This document shows, piece after piece, positions 14,652 through 16,573 of a stretch of DNA of 16,573 bases. This DNA is from Armatimonadota bacterium (GTDB taxonomy: Bacteria; Armatimonadota; Zipacnadia; Zipacnadales; UBA5352): assembly GCA_034722055.1 (NCBI GenBank), contig JAYENL010000002.1:1-16573 (forward strand), in the 5' to 3' direction. The translations under genes and the position numbers were made by a program. The notes below the pieces were generated by a model that was given only the letters and a program-made list of their open reading frames with translations, was not told the origin of the DNA and did no database searches. Positions within the stretch are counted from its first letter, which is position 1; each line of letters starts with the position of its first letter.

Positions 14652-15683
14652 ATGATCAACGAGACGCTCGAGAAGGTCGTGGAGGGACATCCTGTGGGTC
14701 GCGAGGAGGCTCACGCGGCCATGGCCGCCATCATGAGCGGGGGCTGCACGCCGGCGCAGATCGGGGCCTTCCTGGTGGCGCTGCGCATGCGCGGAGAGAC
14801 CGTGGATCAGATCAGCGGCTTCGCGGCGGCCATGCGGGACAACTGCATCCGCATCCGCACCAAGCACGAGGAGGTGGTGGACACCTGCGGCACCGGCGGC
14901 GACGCGCTGGACACCTTCAACGTGTCCACCGCCGCGGCGATCGTGACCGCGGCGGCGGGAGTGCCGGTCGCCAAGCACGGGAACCGCTCGGTCTCCAGCC
15001 AGTGCGGGAGCGCGGATGTGCTGAGCGAGCTGGGGGTGCGCGTTGACCTGGAGCCGGAGGAGGTGGAGGCCTGCCTGGACGAGGTGGGCATCGGCTTCCT
15101 GTTCGCGCCCGCCCTGCACCCGGCGATGAAGCACGCCATCGGGCCGCGGCGGGAGTTGGGCCTGCGGACGGTCTTCAACATCCTCGGCCCGCTCACCAAC
15201 CCGGCGGGCGCGAGGCGGCAGCTCCTGGGCGTCTTCGATCCCGCCTGGACCCAGGTGCTGGCCGAGACGCTGGGCGACCTGGGCACCACGCACGCCATGG
15301 TCGTGCACGGACTGCAGGGCCTCGACGAGCTGTCCACGCTGGGCCCGACCCGGGTCTCGGAGCTGCGCGACGGCGAGGTGCGCAGCTACGAGGTGACGCC
15401 CGAGGAGTTCGGGCTGGGTTGCACCACGGCCGAGGAGATCGCCGGCGGCGAGCCGGCGGAGTCCGCGGAGATCCTGCTGGAGGCCATCTCCGGACAGGAG
15501 GGCGCGCGGCGGGACATCGTGGCACTCAACGCCGGCGCCGCCATCTACGTGGGCGGAAAGGCCCAGAGCGTCAGCGAGGGCATGGAGCTGGCGCGGGCGG
15601 CCATTGACTCCGGACAGGCGCGGGAGACGCTCGACGGCCTGCGCGAGATGAGCCGGACGCTGGCGGGGGCCCGAGCGACATGA
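14652..15683 (+). CDS. trpD: Anthranilate phosphoribosyltransferase
   Basis: DTCGTGGD, FNVST, VAKHGNRSVSS, GSADVL, RTVFNILGPLTNP, GLDELS. SD GAGGTGA (14640-14646) favours ATG 14652; 14643 and 14649 are alternatives. Confidence 0.96.
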   Translation: MINETLEKVVEGHPVGREEAHAAMAAIMSGGCTPAQIGAFLVALRMRGETVDQISGFAAAMRDNCIRIRTKHEEVVDTCGTGGDALDTFNVSTAAAIVTAAAGVPVAKHGNRSVSSQCGSADVLSELGVRVDLEPEEVEACLDEVGIGFLFAPALHPAMKHAIGPRRELGLRTVFNILGPLTNPAGARRQLLGVFDPAWTQVLAETLGDLGTTHAMVVHGLQGLDELSTLGPTRVSELRDGEVRSYEVTPEEFGLGCTTAEEIAGGEPAESAEILLEAISGQEGARRDIVALNAGAAIYVGGKAQSVSEGMELARAAIDSGQARETLDGLREMSRTLAGARAT

Positions 15684-16516
15684 GCATGCCAGACGTGCTG
15701 CGGGAGATCCTGCGGCACAAGCGCGGGGAGGTGGCGCGGCGGCGGGGCCTGCGGCCGCTGGCGGAGTTCGTGGCCGCGGCCGGGCATGCGCCGCCGCCCC
15801 GGGACTTCGCCGGGGCGCTGCGCGGCGATGAGGTGCGCATCATCGCCGAGATCAAGCGCGCCAGTCCCTCAGGTGGTGAGCTGGTGGCGGAGGCGGAGTT
15901 CGATCCCGCCGAGACTGCCATCACCTACCAGGAGAACGGGGCGGCGGCGCTGAGCGTGCTGACCGACGAGGCGTTCTTCCAGGGCTCCCTGGAGCACCTG
16001 GAGGCGGCCCGAGAGGCGACCTGCATCCCGGTGCTGTGCAAGGACTTCATCCTCGGCGAGTATCAGGTGTATGAGGCTCGCGCGGCCGGCGCGGACGCGG
16101 TGCTGCTCATCGCGGCCGCGCTGGAGCCGGAGCGGCTCGGAGAGCTGGTGGCGCTGGCGGAGGAGCTGGGGATGGCCGCGCTGGTGGAGACGCATGAGGA
16201 GGCGGAGCTCGAGGCGGCCCTCGACACTGGCGCCACAGTGGTGGGGGTCAATAACCGCGACCTGACCAGCTTTGAGGTTGACCTGGCCGTCACGGAGCGG
16301 CTGGCGCCGATGGTCCCCGAGGATCGGGTGCTGGTGGCGGAGAGCGGGGTGGAGGGCAGAGAGGACGTCGAGCGGCTGGCGCAGGCGGGGGCGGACGCGG
16401 CGCTGGTCGGCACCTCGCTGATGACCGCCGACGACCCGGGGAGGGCGCTGCGGGACTTGAGCGGGGTCCCTGTGGTGAGATGGCGCGGGTCGCGTCCCCG
16501 GAAGGGGCGTGCCTGA
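15680..16516 (+). CDS. trpC: Indole-3-glycerol phosphate synthase
   Basis: IIAEIKRASPSGG, LSVLTDEAFFQGS, PVLCKDFI, GADAVLLI, VGVNNRDL, VAESGV, ALVGTSLM; ATGA overlap with trpD. Confidence 0.96.
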   Translation: MSMPDVLREILRHKRGEVARRRGLRPLAEFVAAAGHAPPPRDFAGALRGDEVRIIAEIKRASPSGGELVAEAEFDPAETAITYQENGAAALSVLTDEAFFQGSLEHLEAAREATCIPVLCKDFILGEYQVYEARAAGADAVLLIAAALEPERLGELVALAEELGMAALVETHEEAELEAALDTGATVVGVNNRDLTSFEVDLAVTERLAPMVPEDRVLVAESGVEGREDVERLAQAGADAALVGTSLMTADDPGRALRDLSGVPVVRWRGSRPRKGRA

Positions 16517-16573
16517 TGGCCCAACAACGCGATGCGCACCCGACAACGACAAACGACAACGCACGCGGGCTGG
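16516..16573 (+). CDS. Possible start of the next operon gene, truncated by the window edge
   Basis: TGATG stop/start overlap with trpC; frame open to the end (MAQQRDAHPTTTNDNARGL); no recognisable motif. Confidence 0.25.
   Translation, partial: MAQQRDAHPTTTNDNARGL

Overview
High-GC bacterial window with all credible genes on the + strand (lineage possibly Armatimonadota-like; inference only). In order: a ~1 kb non-coding region with a minus-strand promoter, degenerate ~34-bp repeats and a ~270-bp element of nested perfect inverted repeats; a 1331-aa secreted S55 (SpoIVB-like) peptidase fused to beta-propeller and Ig-like domains; endonuclease III; a REP-like cluster; an ArsR-led operon (ArsR, a lower-GC DsrE/YchN gene, a 44-aa Cys/His-rich microprotein missing from the ORF track, a SAM methyltransferase, an ABC-2 exporter); a lower-GC type II-like restriction-modification pair bracketed by two CCTAGG sites that each lie in a promoter spacer; and a trp operon (trpE-G-D-C) preceded by a Trp-rich leader peptide and an unusually long, multi-hairpin attenuator. 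All calls come from reading motifs by eye; no searches or folding programs were run.
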